Shown here in pieces: positions 17,014-26,985 of a stretch of DNA of 64,000 nt (its first letter is position 1; each line of letters begins with the position of its first letter). Under the pieces are notes generated by a model. It saw only the letters and a program-made list of their open reading frames with translations, had not been told where the DNA came from and did not search any database. The stretch lies in the NCBI GenBank assembly GCA_963642055.1, contig CAVIFQ010000005.1, positions 9,633 through 73,632 of the forward strand. Direction: 5' to 3'. The position numbers and the translations under genes were made by a program. The stretch comes from Roseburia hominis. GTDB lineage: Bacteria > Bacillota_I > Bacilli_A > RFN20 > CAG-826.

Positions 17014-17037
17014 CAAAAAGCCCGTAAAGGGTGGGCT
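17014..17037 (-). terminator. rho-independent terminator after the serine hydrolase gene
   Basis: On the minus strand: AGCCC-N9-GGGCT followed by TTTTTG. Confidence 0.5.
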
Positions 17038-17065
17038 TTATTAAAATTGTGTTCAGTAATGCCCT

Positions 17066-17944
17066 CTAACGGAGCAGAAGCTCATTGATTGAGGAGCCTT
17101 TTCCCTCGCGATCATCGCTCACCACGGCGATGACCTCGTCTTCGAAAAGGGCGAAAAGCTGCCCGCGCATGCCGTTGCCGTGCCTTTTGCCCGATTTCTT
17201 GTTAACCCAGATGGAATAACCGTAATAAGCGTCGCCACCCGTATCGACGAGATCGTTTTTCGAGAAATCGATGTAGTTCGATGAGACGATACGCTTATCT
17301 TCGTACACTCCCTCATTAAGGAAAAGGGAGCCGATTTTCGCCACGCTCACTGAATCTAGATATACTCCCGTTGCCCCCAAAGGATGGCCCAAAGGGTCGT
17401 AGTCGAAGGAGAAATCAATAATCGAAAGAGGCGCAAAAAGGCGCTCGATTATAAATTCATCGAGCTTTTGCTGGGATTTTTCTTCCACCACTCTCCCTAA
17501 AAGGTAGTAATTGGAATCGCTGTAGACGAAGGGCTTATCCTTTTGATAATAAAGGCCTTTCTCAAAGATAATGGATAGATAATCATCGGAATAAAAAGAT
17601 GACGGAGAGTCGCAGTCCACATCAAGGAAGCCGTTTTTGATGCCGCTTCTTTGCTGAAGGAGGTCTTTGATGGAGCAGCCCTTATACGAAATGGCCGAAG
17701 GATAAGAAGATAAGAAGATATCGCTCACATCTTCGTTTAAGCTGAGCTTCCCTTCATCTAGCAAAATGCCGATGCATAAAGAAGTGAGATTCTTGCTGAG
17801 CGAATAGATATCGGTCTTGCTTTCGCTTAGAAGAGAAATTTTCTCGATTTTCCCTGCCTTAAAAGAAGCGATGTTATAGACCTTCATCGCATTATTTTCG
17901 CGAAGAATCAGCTCTTCGAGCTCTTTTAATCTTCGTGAATCCAT
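17066..17944 (-). CDS. beta-lactamase-family serine hydrolase
   Basis: S-x-x-K motif (YSLSKNLTSL) and a YSDSNYYLLG block, typical of class-C-like/esterase family members. Overlaps the GH38 gene by 19 nt. Confidence 0.65.
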   Translation of the reverse strand: MDSRRLKELEELILRENNAMKVYNIASFKAGKIEKISLLSESKTDIYSLSKNLTSLCIGILLDEGKLSLNEDVSDIFLSSYPSAISYKGCSIKDLLQQRSGIKNGFLDVDCDSPSSFYSDDYLSIIFEKGLYYQKDKPFVYSDSNYYLLGRVVEEKSQQKLDEFIIERLFAPLSIIDFSFDYDPLGHPLGATGVYLDSVSVAKIGSLFLNEGVYEDKRIVSSNYIDFSKNDLVDTGGDAYYGYSIWVNKKSGKRHGNGMRGQLFALFEDEVIAVVSDDREGKGSSINELLLR

Positions 17945-20892
17945 AAGGTTTTGATCTCGAATGGACGGAAAGATAAAACGGAATCGGAGATATCTTCCTC
18001 TTTGATATCCTCCAAAAAGTTCACAAGCGAGATGCGTTTGCCCGCGAAACGGGTTTTGGAGAGATCAAGTTTTGCTTTCTTCCCGCTCCGCTCGTAGAGG
18101 CGGAGAATCATCCCCTCGCCCTTGTATTTGTTTTTAAGGCATGAGTATTCAAGATCGTCATTATGGAAGAGCTTTTCGCCTAGATTCATTTTCTTGCTTG
18201 AGGAAGTGAATTCACTGTTGAAGATATAGGCAAGTTGATCCACTTTGGCCTTCTTATCATCGCCAAAGTGCACGTAAAGAGCGTATTCGTAAGATGTTTC
18301 CCCGATATCGCTGTCGCGACAAGGATAAGAAGTTGAGCGCAATAAATCGAGCTCAAGGTCATCGCCTTTGATGTAGTAGCCGCATTTGGTCTTGTTGATT
18401 AAAGCGGCGCCCAAATCTTGTTTTGCATCATACACATCGACATATTGCTGCGCGCACACTTCATACTGTGCCTTTTCGTGAGTGGTGTCCTCTTTTCTAC
18501 TCCGTTTGAGTTTTCCGAACTGGATATCGCAGGTAGCGGAGGAAGAGGAGATGGCGAGATTGAAGTTGCTCCTCAGCATCCTCTTATTGTCTTTCCAGTC
18601 GACTTCGTGCTTGAAGGATATTACATCTTTGTCGGAGACTACCATGGTCTCTTTGACTCTCGATTCGTGGTAGCCATATTCGGACACTACTTCGTAAACG
18701 GGCCCATATTTCCTGATCTTTCTATTCAAAAGAGTCATATAGACCTCATCTTGGTTCCGGTAGCTCTCGCATATATTCCATCCATCGCCATGGTCGATAA
18801 ATACCCGTAACCTGTTGGCCCCTGCTTTCACCACTTCTTTCCCTAGCTTCTTCGCGTAGATTGAGGCGATATAGCCTTTTTCATCGAAGCGGATCTTGAA
18901 AGAAAGAGTCTCAATCGTATCCCCTTTAATTTCCCTTTCGTATGGGTAGGCGGCCTTTGCTTTCGCGCATTCAAAAGGAGACAAAGAGATAAGGTAATAC
19001 TTATTCTCTTCCTTGAAGAGCCTATTCACTTCGTAATTGAGGTGATTGAAATAGAAAGAGGAGGAAAGGTAGTCTTTCTGGTAACCTTTCACCGCTTTCT
19101 TATAGAGGTTATCAAGTTCACGTTCGATGGATAGATATTCCTCTTTCGATTCATCGTATACCCGTTTGATGGCGGAACCTGGCAAGATATCGTGGAATTC
19201 GAGCAATAAGACGCGGCGATAAAGAGCGTCGATCTCTGCATCGTAAGCGTGATTGCCCGTCAAGGCCAAGATGGTCTCTAAGCGCTTAATTTTCTCCTCC
19301 ATCTTGCGGTTATACTGCTTATTGAAGGAGATCGAGGTATAGGTGCCGGTGTGGTTTTCGAGATATAGCTCCCCTTGATAAGAAGGAAGCTCATCTTTGC
19401 TCTTTTCTAGAATGGAGAAGAAATTAAACACCGTATCGATCTCGACTTTGTTAAGGCCCATCAAAGAATCGATTCTTCTGATATTCTCAAGATGCTCTTC
19501 GCTCGGTCCTCCTCCCCCGTCGCCGATGCCGTAGATGAGGAGAGAATCCATGTTCTTCTTGTCGAGTTTGCTCAATCTCTTATTGCCAGCGAAAAGCGAT
19601 TTCGCGCTGGCGCCGGAATTGTATTCCCCCTCAAGCGGGAGATGGGTGAGCACCTCGCTCCCATCGATTCCTTTCCAAATAAAGGTATGGAAGGGGAAAT
19701 CCGTGAAGCGGTTCCAGGAGAGCTTGATGGTGAGGAAATAATCCATGCCGCCTTCTTTGATGAGCTGAGGGAGATTGCCGTTATAGCCAAAGGTATCGGG
19801 AAGCCAAAGATTATTCACGTAATGGGAGAAATTCTCGAGATAGAATTTCTGGCCGTACAGCATTTGCCTTGCAAGTTCCTCTTCCCCCGAGATATTGGTG
19901 TCGAATTCCACAAACGCCCCGCCGACGAGCTCAATCCGCCCTTCTTTCTCGTATTCTTTGAGTTTTTCAAAAAGAGCTGGGGCTTTTTCTTTAATCCAGA
20001 TGATCTGCTGAGGCTGCGAGATCACATAATGGAATTCGGGATAACGCTCCAAAAGGTAAAAAACGTTCGTGATAGTCCTGATGGCTTTTCTTTCGCTTTC
20101 TCTTACTGGCCAAAGCCATGCCAAATCAAGATGAGCATGCCCTACGGCGTGCATAATGGGCAGTTTATCGCTCGTATCCTCTTTAATAGAGAGGAGTCTA
20201 TCGAGAATCTCTCGAGACTCTCTCATCTTGTTTTTCCGGTCGTACCAGAATAAATCACGGACGGCGATCACGCCTTCATATAACGTTACAAAATACGGGC
20301 AAGTTGGCGAAATGTTCTCCAAAAGCGTCAAAAGCGCTTCATAATCGAAGCAAATGCGGCGCATTTCTTCGTCTCGTTCGACAAGAGCGATGCTTTTCAC
20401 GAGTCCTTTTTCTTGAATATTCCCAAACAGATCGTTATAGCCGCAGTCGAAATAGAGATCGAGTTTACCTTCTTCAACAAGGTCTTTGACCGGATAATAC
20501 TTTTTCCCCGGCTCGCCGAGGTTGCGGTCGAACACGCTCGAGCCGTTCGTGAAGCCCTTTACGGGCGTTCCGTCTTTATCGACGAGGAGCGCTTCCCCAT
20601 TGATATCGAATTCGATATAGGTATGCTCATTTATCAAGCATCCCTTTAAATCCTTATATACATGGAACCAGGCGCAGTCGAAAACCTCTTCCCCCCAGCT
20701 AGACTCTTTCTTTATCTTCTTGAAGCGGAGCTTGCTGATTTCTTGGAACGGCACTGGCTCTTTGGAGGTGGCCACTTCGTAATCCAGCTCGAGGATATGC
20801 GTATGTGACAGGGGGCGCATAATGCACTCGAGAATGTTTCTGGCGTCCCTTATTCCGTCTTTCTTATCGACATTGTTCGCTTCAAATTTCAT
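17926..20892 (-). CDS. GH38 alpha-mannosidase
   Basis: 988 aa with the GH38 N-terminal signature HAVGHAHLDLAWLWP, plus the central and C-terminal domains typical of bacterial cytosolic alpha-mannosidases. Confidence 0.9.
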   Translation of the reverse strand: MKFEANNVDKKDGIRDARNILECIMRPLSHTHILELDYEVATSKEPVPFQEISKLRFKKIKKESSWGEEVFDCAWFHVYKDLKGCLINEHTYIEFDINGEALLVDKDGTPVKGFTNGSSVFDRNLGEPGKKYYPVKDLVEEGKLDLYFDCGYNDLFGNIQEKGLVKSIALVERDEEMRRICFDYEALLTLLENISPTCPYFVTLYEGVIAVRDLFWYDRKNKMRESREILDRLLSIKEDTSDKLPIMHAVGHAHLDLAWLWPVRESERKAIRTITNVFYLLERYPEFHYVISQPQQIIWIKEKAPALFEKLKEYEKEGRIELVGGAFVEFDTNISGEEELARQMLYGQKFYLENFSHYVNNLWLPDTFGYNGNLPQLIKEGGMDYFLTIKLSWNRFTDFPFHTFIWKGIDGSEVLTHLPLEGEYNSGASAKSLFAGNKRLSKLDKKNMDSLLIYGIGDGGGGPSEEHLENIRRIDSLMGLNKVEIDTVFNFFSILEKSKDELPSYQGELYLENHTGTYTSISFNKQYNRKMEEKIKRLETILALTGNHAYDAEIDALYRRVLLLEFHDILPGSAIKRVYDESKEEYLSIERELDNLYKKAVKGYQKDYLSSSFYFNHLNYEVNRLFKEENKYYLISLSPFECAKAKAAYPYEREIKGDTIETLSFKIRFDEKGYIASIYAKKLGKEVVKAGANRLRVFIDHGDGWNICESYRNQDEVYMTLLNRKIRKYGPVYEVVSEYGYHESRVKETMVVSDKDVISFKHEVDWKDNKRMLRSNFNLAISSSSATCDIQFGKLKRSRKEDTTHEKAQYEVCAQQYVDVYDAKQDLGAALINKTKCGYYIKGDDLELDLLRSTSYPCRDSDIGETSYEYALYVHFGDDKKAKVDQLAYIFNSEFTSSSKKMNLGEKLFHNDDLEYSCLKNKYKGEGMILRLYERSGKKAKLDLSKTRFAGKRISLVNFLEDIKEEDISDSVLSFRPFEIKTLWIHED

Positions 20893-20915
20893 GTTGGTGA
20901 GTAAATTGTCTTTCT

Positions 20916-22214
20916 TTAAAGGCTATCTTTCAAGGCGAGCAAGGCGAAAGTCTCCGCGGAACTCGCGACGTCCATGATATCAAGATTGGTGTCTTTGTCT
21001 AATCCATATTGCCATCCGCTGATCCAATTCACCGGCAGAGTGTTATCGTAAAGATAGTTATTGTAGGCAAAATCGATGCTTTTTTGGACCTCCCCTAGAT
21101 AGCTGGAGGCTGAAGAATCGAACTTCAATAAGTCGTAATAGCCTTGGAACAAGGTGAGGTTGAACCAGATCGTGGTCCCAAGCGGGAACTGGTAGTAGCC
21201 TTCGATCAATTCATCGTTCCCGAAATAGGAAAGAGATGAAGCCATCGATTTTTTCGCTTGGGTGAGATAGCTCTCCTCATTGGTGGCGTGATATAAATAG
21301 GCCCCGCCCGAGATCATCGTGCCGGTGTTATAGGTATAGGCTGTGGTATCGAGAGTGCCATGGGTAATCGTCACTCCGCCCTTTTTCTCCGTCCCGATCA
21401 TATCGCCATAGAGGTTATTGTTCATCTTAAAAGTGGCAAGGGAGAAATCGTAGACGTCTTTAGCCCACGTTAGATAGCTGCGGCCGAAGACTTCCTCATT
21501 CGGGAAAAGTTCCGAGAGACGGACCAAAGTGGCGATGATGGGGCCATTGCTACAAGCGTGCTTGCTGTTATAATCGGGGCCCCAGAAGATGCCGCCCCAC
21601 TCTTTGCCAGTGTCGTTATTGAGTGAGGAATCCCAGCCCGAGAGGCAGTATTTGATGGTATCCACGCACTTCGTCAAAAGACTGTCGTCACCCAAAACCT
21701 CATAGGCGTTGAGGAATTCGCGCGCGATCCACATATTGTCGTCATATACATCTGCCATATAGCCGCTTCCGGCTTTATTTGCTCTCACCCCGCGCTTCAC
21801 GGCGTAGGCGCGGAAGCCGTCTTTCCTATCCTCATGATAGTATTCAAGCCCGTCAATAATCGTAAGGAGACGCTTTTTGATGGTCTCGTCATTTGGGTTG
21901 TTCCTTAATAGTTTGACGTATAAAGAGAAGAGGCTAGTGAAATGCCAAGCTGAGCATATTTCCTCGGTATCATCGACGGCGGGATAATAGTTATAGGCGC
22001 CGTTTAGCTCTTCATCGTAATAACGCTCCCACAACGAGTTCGCAATAACTTTGGAGCGCGCGTTATTCCTAGAGAAAGAAGTGAGCCCATCATCGGGGTT
22101 ATTCATGATGGAGCCGGCCTTATAACTGCTATAAGAGGTAGTGGTATTCCCACAGCTTGCTAGCATACCCATCGATAAGCCAGCCAAAGCTATTTTCGTC
22201 ATTTTCTTTTTCAT
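20916..22214 (-). CDS. GH76-like alpha-1,6-mannanase lipoprotein
   Basis: Lipobox LASCGN. GH76-type blocks are VYDDNMWIA, GGIFWG and YTYNTGTMISG. Confidence 0.7.
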   Translation of the reverse strand: MKKKMTKIALAGLSMGMLASCGNTTTSYSSYKAGSIMNNPDDGLTSFSRNNARSKVIANSLWERYYDEELNGAYNYYPAVDDTEEICSAWHFTSLFSLYVKLLRNNPNDETIKKRLLTIIDGLEYYHEDRKDGFRAYAVKRGVRANKAGSGYMADVYDDNMWIAREFLNAYEVLGDDSLLTKCVDTIKYCLSGWDSSLNNDTGKEWGGIFWGPDYNSKHACSNGPIIATLVRLSELFPNEEVFGRSYLTWAKDVYDFSLATFKMNNNLYGDMIGTEKKGGVTITHGTLDTTAYTYNTGTMISGGAYLYHATNEESYLTQAKKSMASSLSYFGNDELIEGYYQFPLGTTIWFNLTLFQGYYDLLKFDSSASSYLGEVQKSIDFAYNNYLYDNTLPVNWISGWQYGLDKDTNLDIMDVASSAETFALLALKDSL

Positions 22215-23485
22215 GCTTTTTCTCCTATGATCAGATCTTTTTCCTGAAGCAACAAATAGGCAAAGAGGGAATTGGACCAGGCAAACCAGCTCCTCGTGTA
22301 GTTATTTGGATTATCTTTGTCTACACCTTCGTGGGTGTAATTAGTACCAGCATCGCTCCTTTTCACCATTTCGATGAGCTCTTTTTTCTCTTTCTCACTA
22401 GAAGAGGTCAGAGCTTGGAGCGTCACCCCGATATGCCAGACGTAGCCTTCTTCGGTATGCGGGGAGCCAATCCCTTTTAAATATTTCCCCTCGAAATAGT
22501 AGGGATTGGAGAAACTGAGGCAGTAATTCCGGGTGTTTTTGTAAATCGGGTCAGTAGCATCAGCATAGCCAAAATAGGGAATGGATAAAAGCGAAGGGAC
22601 ATTGGCATCATCCATGAGGAGATAATTCCCGAGCCCATCCACCTCGAAAGCGTAGATATCGCCGAATTCCGGATGGTTGATGATGCCGTATTTTTCTATG
22701 CCCTCGTCTATTTCTTCTTTGAGGGTCTTGGCTTTAAGAGCAAGCTCTTTTTCGTTTATCTCAAGGAAGAGTTCCTCGAGTTCACGGAGAATCACGACCG
22801 CGAACATATTCCCTGGCACGAAGTAGCCGTATTTGCAGGCGTCATCGCTTGGACGATACCCGCTCCAAATCATGCCGGTATAAGCGACTTCCCCGCCTTT
22901 CCCGTGATTTGGGATATTAAAGCCCTCTTTCTCGCCAGGTCTATAATGCATATAGTCGCTACGCTCATGATGATGCTGCTCGGTGATGAAAGTATCCATG
23001 ATGATATTCGCGATTTTTACAAAGCGCGGGCTTAGTAGGCTCTTATCGCCCGTGACTTTGTAAAGGCGATATAGGAGCCAAACGGGATAGCAGAGCGAAT
23101 CGATCTCGAATTTCCTCTCCCAGGTATAAGGCGTCCTTAAGCCCTCATCGTCTTTATGGCCATGGCCATTCGGCTCTTTGTTGAAGGAATTCGCGTAAGG
23201 GTCGACCTCGATATAGAAGAATTGGCGCTTAATCAAACCCTTGATGAGGTTATAGACATCCTTATCGTCTTTCGCAAAATCGATATATTGGATGACGGAA
23301 GCGCTGGAATCGCGAAGCCACATCGCGGGGATATCGCCCGTGAGCATATACACTTCCTCATTCGGTAGATATTCAACGGTCGTATCGAGGCTATTGTAGA
23401 AGCAGTTATGGAACATCTTCCTGAGTTTTTCGTCAACGATCCTCTCCTCGAAAAGAGTAATCTCGCCTTTCATTACCTCGTACAT
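22211..23485 (-). CDS. GH125 exo-alpha-1,6-mannosidase (metal-independent alpha-mannosidase)
   Basis: The signature TGDIPAMWLRDSSA and an overall length of 424 aa fit GH125/DUF1237. Confidence 0.85.
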   Translation of the reverse strand: MYEVMKGEITLFEERIVDEKLRKMFHNCFYNSLDTTVEYLPNEEVYMLTGDIPAMWLRDSSASVIQYIDFAKDDKDVYNLIKGLIKRQFFYIEVDPYANSFNKEPNGHGHKDDEGLRTPYTWERKFEIDSLCYPVWLLYRLYKVTGDKSLLSPRFVKIANIIMDTFITEQHHHERSDYMHYRPGEKEGFNIPNHGKGGEVAYTGMIWSGYRPSDDACKYGYFVPGNMFAVVILRELEELFLEINEKELALKAKTLKEEIDEGIEKYGIINHPEFGDIYAFEVDGLGNYLLMDDANVPSLLSIPYFGYADATDPIYKNTRNYCLSFSNPYYFEGKYLKGIGSPHTEEGYVWHIGVTLQALTSSSEKEKKELIEMVKRSDAGTNYTHEGVDKDNPNNYTRSWFAWSNSLFAYLLLQEKDLIIGEKA

Positions 23486-23487
23486 AC

Positions 23488-25191
23488 TTATTTACCGTTC
23501 TTTGCCTTTTTCTTTTTCGCTTTCACGAAGAAGAAGGTGGCTCCCCCTAGAAGGATTGCGGCTACAGGAATGGAAATCCCCAAAATGAGAGGGAGAGAGG
23601 AAGAAGAAGGGATTTTTATCTCCACTTCCACGGTTTTCCCGTATGTCGGTTTCTCATAGTTGTTCCTTCCTTCGACATACTCTTCGTAGGTCCCATCATA
23701 TAGGAAAGAGGTATCGACGTTATTGCGGAGTATCACTAGTAGTCCGCCTTCAAAACGCTGGAAGACGTCCCCATCGACCTCAAAAGCATCGTCAAGCGGA
23801 GCTCCGTAACCGTTGTAGTCTTTGTTCCAGAGATAAAGCGCGTTATTGGCAAGAAGCACCACTTTATCATCGGTTTTGTTATAGACAAGGGCGGCAACAT
23901 TGGTTCTCGCGTCTCCCCAGGGGTTTGCCGAGGAGTCGCCCAAGATGAACTGCTGCGCATCAATCCCGTTCCAGTTGCCGTGGAAGTTTTGCTCCTTGAA
24001 GCCGACGAAGAAGCCGTTCTTATATAGATCCTTGTATTTCTTCTTGAGCTTGAGGGAGATTTTCTCGGCGTCTTCGTAATCGCCTTCGATCTTATCGCCC
24101 ACATCATTGAGGAAATCATTGACGTTATACCAGTCGAATTCCGTGAGGCTCTTGTAGATTCTCGCTGGGCGATATGTGTAGGAATATTCGCCATTTTCGA
24201 GGGTACAGATGACTGAGCCTTTCTTATGGACTTTGATGATCGTGCTCTTATCTTCAGAAGCGAATTCCTGTTGGAAAGCTCCATATTTGGAATCGACATA
24301 CGGGGTGGCGGAAGCGATGAAAATCTTGCTCGTTTCATCGTATGTGTAGCCGTTTTTATAGTTCACGGCACCAGTTGCATCGCGATATAGGAGCCCGCCT
24401 TCAAACATCTGGAAGGTGGTCTCGGAAGCTTCGCTTTCCCCTGGCAGAGTCACTGTATCGGTGATGAGATTACTGAGCGGATAACCTAATTGCGTCTTAT
24501 TCGAATCCCAGTAAGCGGCCTCCACTCCCGATAAAGCGAAGCATTCGCCTTTCGTCTCATCATCATTCACTTTGTAGTTATAGAAAATGAAGGACATTCC
24601 GTATCGATTGCCGTCGAAAGTGAAGGAGGAATCCCCGAAGGCGAAATCCTGGACGATATAGCCATCCCAGCATTTGACATAGGAGTTTTTAACCCCAAGG
24701 ATGATGTCTTTGTTGTAGAACTCCGTATATAGAGCCTTCATCTTCGTCTCGATGATGGGCTTTGTAGCCGAGGCATTGCTGAGGTTTTTGGAAAAATCAT
24801 CGCCACCGCTCGTGCAGAAATCATCGGCGACGTATTTTAATAAGAGGTCGAGCGCGACTTTGCTCCTTTTCCCGTCTTTGTCGATAGTGCGGCCGGCGTA
24901 GTTTTTGACGGTATGGCTTTTCTCGGTCAAAGTTATCACGCGGTAGCCAGCCTCAAAGTTTTGGTAGTATTTGTCATCCAGCGAGAAATAATCCCCCACT
25001 TTCTGTCCGAATTCGGTGGGCACGTTATCGAGAAAATAGTCGCTGAGATTCTTTTCATCGTCATTCGCCCGCAAGACGGTCTTGGAGAGTAAAGGAGCTG
25101 AGTAAGAAGAAACATCCTTTTTCTCTACCTTCCCTCCGTAGAGGAAGAGAGAGGCGAGTAGCGGCAAGAAAAGTAACTGTTTTGCTTTCAT
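23488..25191 (-). CDS. extracellular, C-terminally membrane-anchored protein with LGFP-like repeats; function unknown
   Basis: N-terminal signal peptide. C-terminal TM segment plus basic tail (PVAAILLGGATFFFVKAKKKKAKNGK). Repeats include QLGYPLS...FQMFEGGLLY and YGAPLD...FQRFEGGLLV. Confidence 0.5.
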   Translation of the reverse strand: MKAKQLLFLPLLASLFLYGGKVEKKDVSSYSAPLLSKTVLRANDDEKNLSDYFLDNVPTEFGQKVGDYFSLDDKYYQNFEAGYRVITLTEKSHTVKNYAGRTIDKDGKRSKVALDLLLKYVADDFCTSGGDDFSKNLSNASATKPIIETKMKALYTEFYNKDIILGVKNSYVKCWDGYIVQDFAFGDSSFTFDGNRYGMSFIFYNYKVNDDETKGECFALSGVEAAYWDSNKTQLGYPLSNLITDTVTLPGESEASETTFQMFEGGLLYRDATGAVNYKNGYTYDETSKIFIASATPYVDSKYGAFQQEFASEDKSTIIKVHKKGSVICTLENGEYSYTYRPARIYKSLTEFDWYNVNDFLNDVGDKIEGDYEDAEKISLKLKKKYKDLYKNGFFVGFKEQNFHGNWNGIDAQQFILGDSSANPWGDARTNVAALVYNKTDDKVVLLANNALYLWNKDYNGYGAPLDDAFEVDGDVFQRFEGGLLVILRNNVDTSFLYDGTYEEYVEGRNNYEKPTYGKTVEVEIKIPSSSSLPLILGISIPVAAILLGGATFFFVKAKKKKAKNGK

Positions 25192-25200
25192 AAAACTCCT

Positions 25201-26064
25201 TTATTTGATTCCTGTGTATTTGGTTTCCTTTAAGAAATACTTCTGGGTGAAGATGAAGAGGATGATGATGGGGAGGATGCTCAATAAAGACCCCGCCATC
25301 ATCTCGCCGGTGGAGGCGCTCGTCTGGAACTCATTCAAAGCCTGGCCAAGGGTGAATTTGCTCTCATCGAAGAGGATCAATGATGGCCATAAATAGGCGC
25401 TCCACGTCGAAACAAAGGTGAAGAGTCCAAGCGTTGTGACCCCAGGAAGAGCCATCCCTAGATATATAAGGAAGACGCGGAAGCCACTCGCTCCATCAAT
25501 TCGCGCCGCATCGCCAATATCATCGGAGAGATTGGTGAAGAACTGGCGGAGGAAGAGGATGCCGTAAATCGAGACCGCATTAGGCAAAATGACGCCGAAG
25601 AGCGAGTTATATAAGCCTGGGCCTAACTCATTCCCGAAGATATCTTTCGGGAAGAAAGGGAGAGAGGTAGTGACGATAAACTGCGGGATGAGGGTGATGA
25701 TCCCAGGAAGCATCATCGAGAAAAGGAAGATCTTGTATAAGACGGCTTTCCCGTAGAAATCGAATTTGGCGAAAACGTAAGCCGCCATCGAGCAAAAGAG
25801 AAGCTGGAGGAAAATCTCCATGAAAGCGATGAAGAGGGTATTGAAGATATATAGAGCCCAGTTATTCTCAAAAAGCGATGTCCAGTTAGAGAAAGTAAAA
25901 TCCCCATAAAAGAACTTGAAGCCATTCCCTTCCAGGTTATAGGCCGGCGTGAAAGAAGCGATAACCGACCAAATGAAAGGCACCATGAAAAGGAGAGCCA
26001 CCGCACTCAAGATGACAACGAGAACGATCTGCGGCACGGAAAGATGCCTATTTTTGATTTTCAT
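25201..26064 (-). CDS. carbohydrate ABC transporter permease (MalG-like)
   Basis: Six TM segments and an EAA-type loop (DAARIDGASGFRVFLIYLGMALP). Start uncertain: ATGs at 26064 and 26076; the track ORF reaches 26130 inside the upstream gene. Confidence 0.8.
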   Translation of the reverse strand: MKIKNRHLSVPQIVLVVILSAVALLFMVPFIWSVIASFTPAYNLEGNGFKFFYGDFTFSNWTSLFENNWALYIFNTLFIAFMEIFLQLLFCSMAAYVFAKFDFYGKAVLYKIFLFSMMLPGIITLIPQFIVTTSLPFFPKDIFGNELGPGLYNSLFGVILPNAVSIYGILFLRQFFTNLSDDIGDAARIDGASGFRVFLIYLGMALPGVTTLGLFTFVSTWSAYLWPSLILFDESKFTLGQALNEFQTSASTGEMMAGSLLSILPIIILFIFTQKYFLKETKYTGIK

Positions 26065-26980
26065 TCCAGCGTTCATACTTTTGCCTGTATTTATCTTTCT
26101 TGCCTTTGAATAAGCGCTTCTGGTTGTCATTCTCTTTCACGAATAGCTGCGTCAAGACGGTCACGATCATTATCAAGATGAATAGAAGCGTCGCCATCGC
26201 GCTGCCGTAGCCGAATCTCAGTTCCTTCGCGCTTAAATAAATCTCCACGACCGGGGTGATGGCTTTATCGTTGTTATATAAGCCAAGGAGATAGACCAGA
26301 TCGAAGAGCTGGAAGCTCCCGATGAGAGTCGTCGTGAAGATGAAATAGGTCGATGGACGAAGGAGAGGCACTGTGATATGGATGAACTGATTGAATTTAT
26401 TCGCCCCATCGATATCGGCGGCCTCATAGATTTTCGAGTCGATGCCAGTCATCGCCGCGAGGTAGATGAGCATGTTCCCGCCGAGCGCGCCATATAAAGA
26501 GATAGCGACAATCACCACCAGCGCCATATAGCCCATATTGAGCTCAACGCTTGCGGCCGAAAGAAGCGATTTCCAGACAAAGATCATCGCCGCCCCGCTC
26601 GTGAGCGAGGGGATATAGAGGATGACTTTGAGGAAATTGTGCTTGAGTTTGACCTTCGACACCAAGAAGGCGACCACTAGGCTAGTGATGATGGATAAAG
26701 GCACATAGAAGAGAGCGAAAATGGCGACATTCTTGAGCGAATTGAGGAAATATTTGTCCTCGAGTATCTTCCTAAAATTGTCGAAGCCGATGAAACCCGA
26801 GAATTTGACCCCGTCATAATCGGTGAAGGAGAAGACGAGGGAAAGGATAAAAGGGACGACGGTGAAGACGATAAAGAGGAGCAAAGCGGGCAGCAAAAAA
26901 GAATAGGATGTGATGGTATCGTTCCTCTTCTTTCTGGATGGGAGAGCGAAAACTTCGCTCTTCTTTGCTGCTTTTGCCAT
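26048..26980 (-). CDS. carbohydrate ABC transporter permease (MalF-like)
   Basis: EAA loop EAADIDGANKFNQFIHITVPLL. First ATG at 26980; the track start at 26989 is TTG. Confidence 0.8.
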   Translation of the reverse strand: MAKAAKKSEVFALPSRKKRNDTITSYSFLLPALLLFIVFTVVPFILSLVFSFTDYDGVKFSGFIGFDNFRKILEDKYFLNSLKNVAIFALFYVPLSIITSLVVAFLVSKVKLKHNFLKVILYIPSLTSGAAMIFVWKSLLSAASVELNMGYMALVVIVAISLYGALGGNMLIYLAAMTGIDSKIYEAADIDGANKFNQFIHITVPLLRPSTYFIFTTTLIGSFQLFDLVYLLGLYNNDKAITPVVEIYLSAKELRFGYGSAMATLLFILIMIVTVLTQLFVKENDNQKRLFKGKKDKYRQKYERWNENQK

Positions 26981-26985
26981 AAAAA

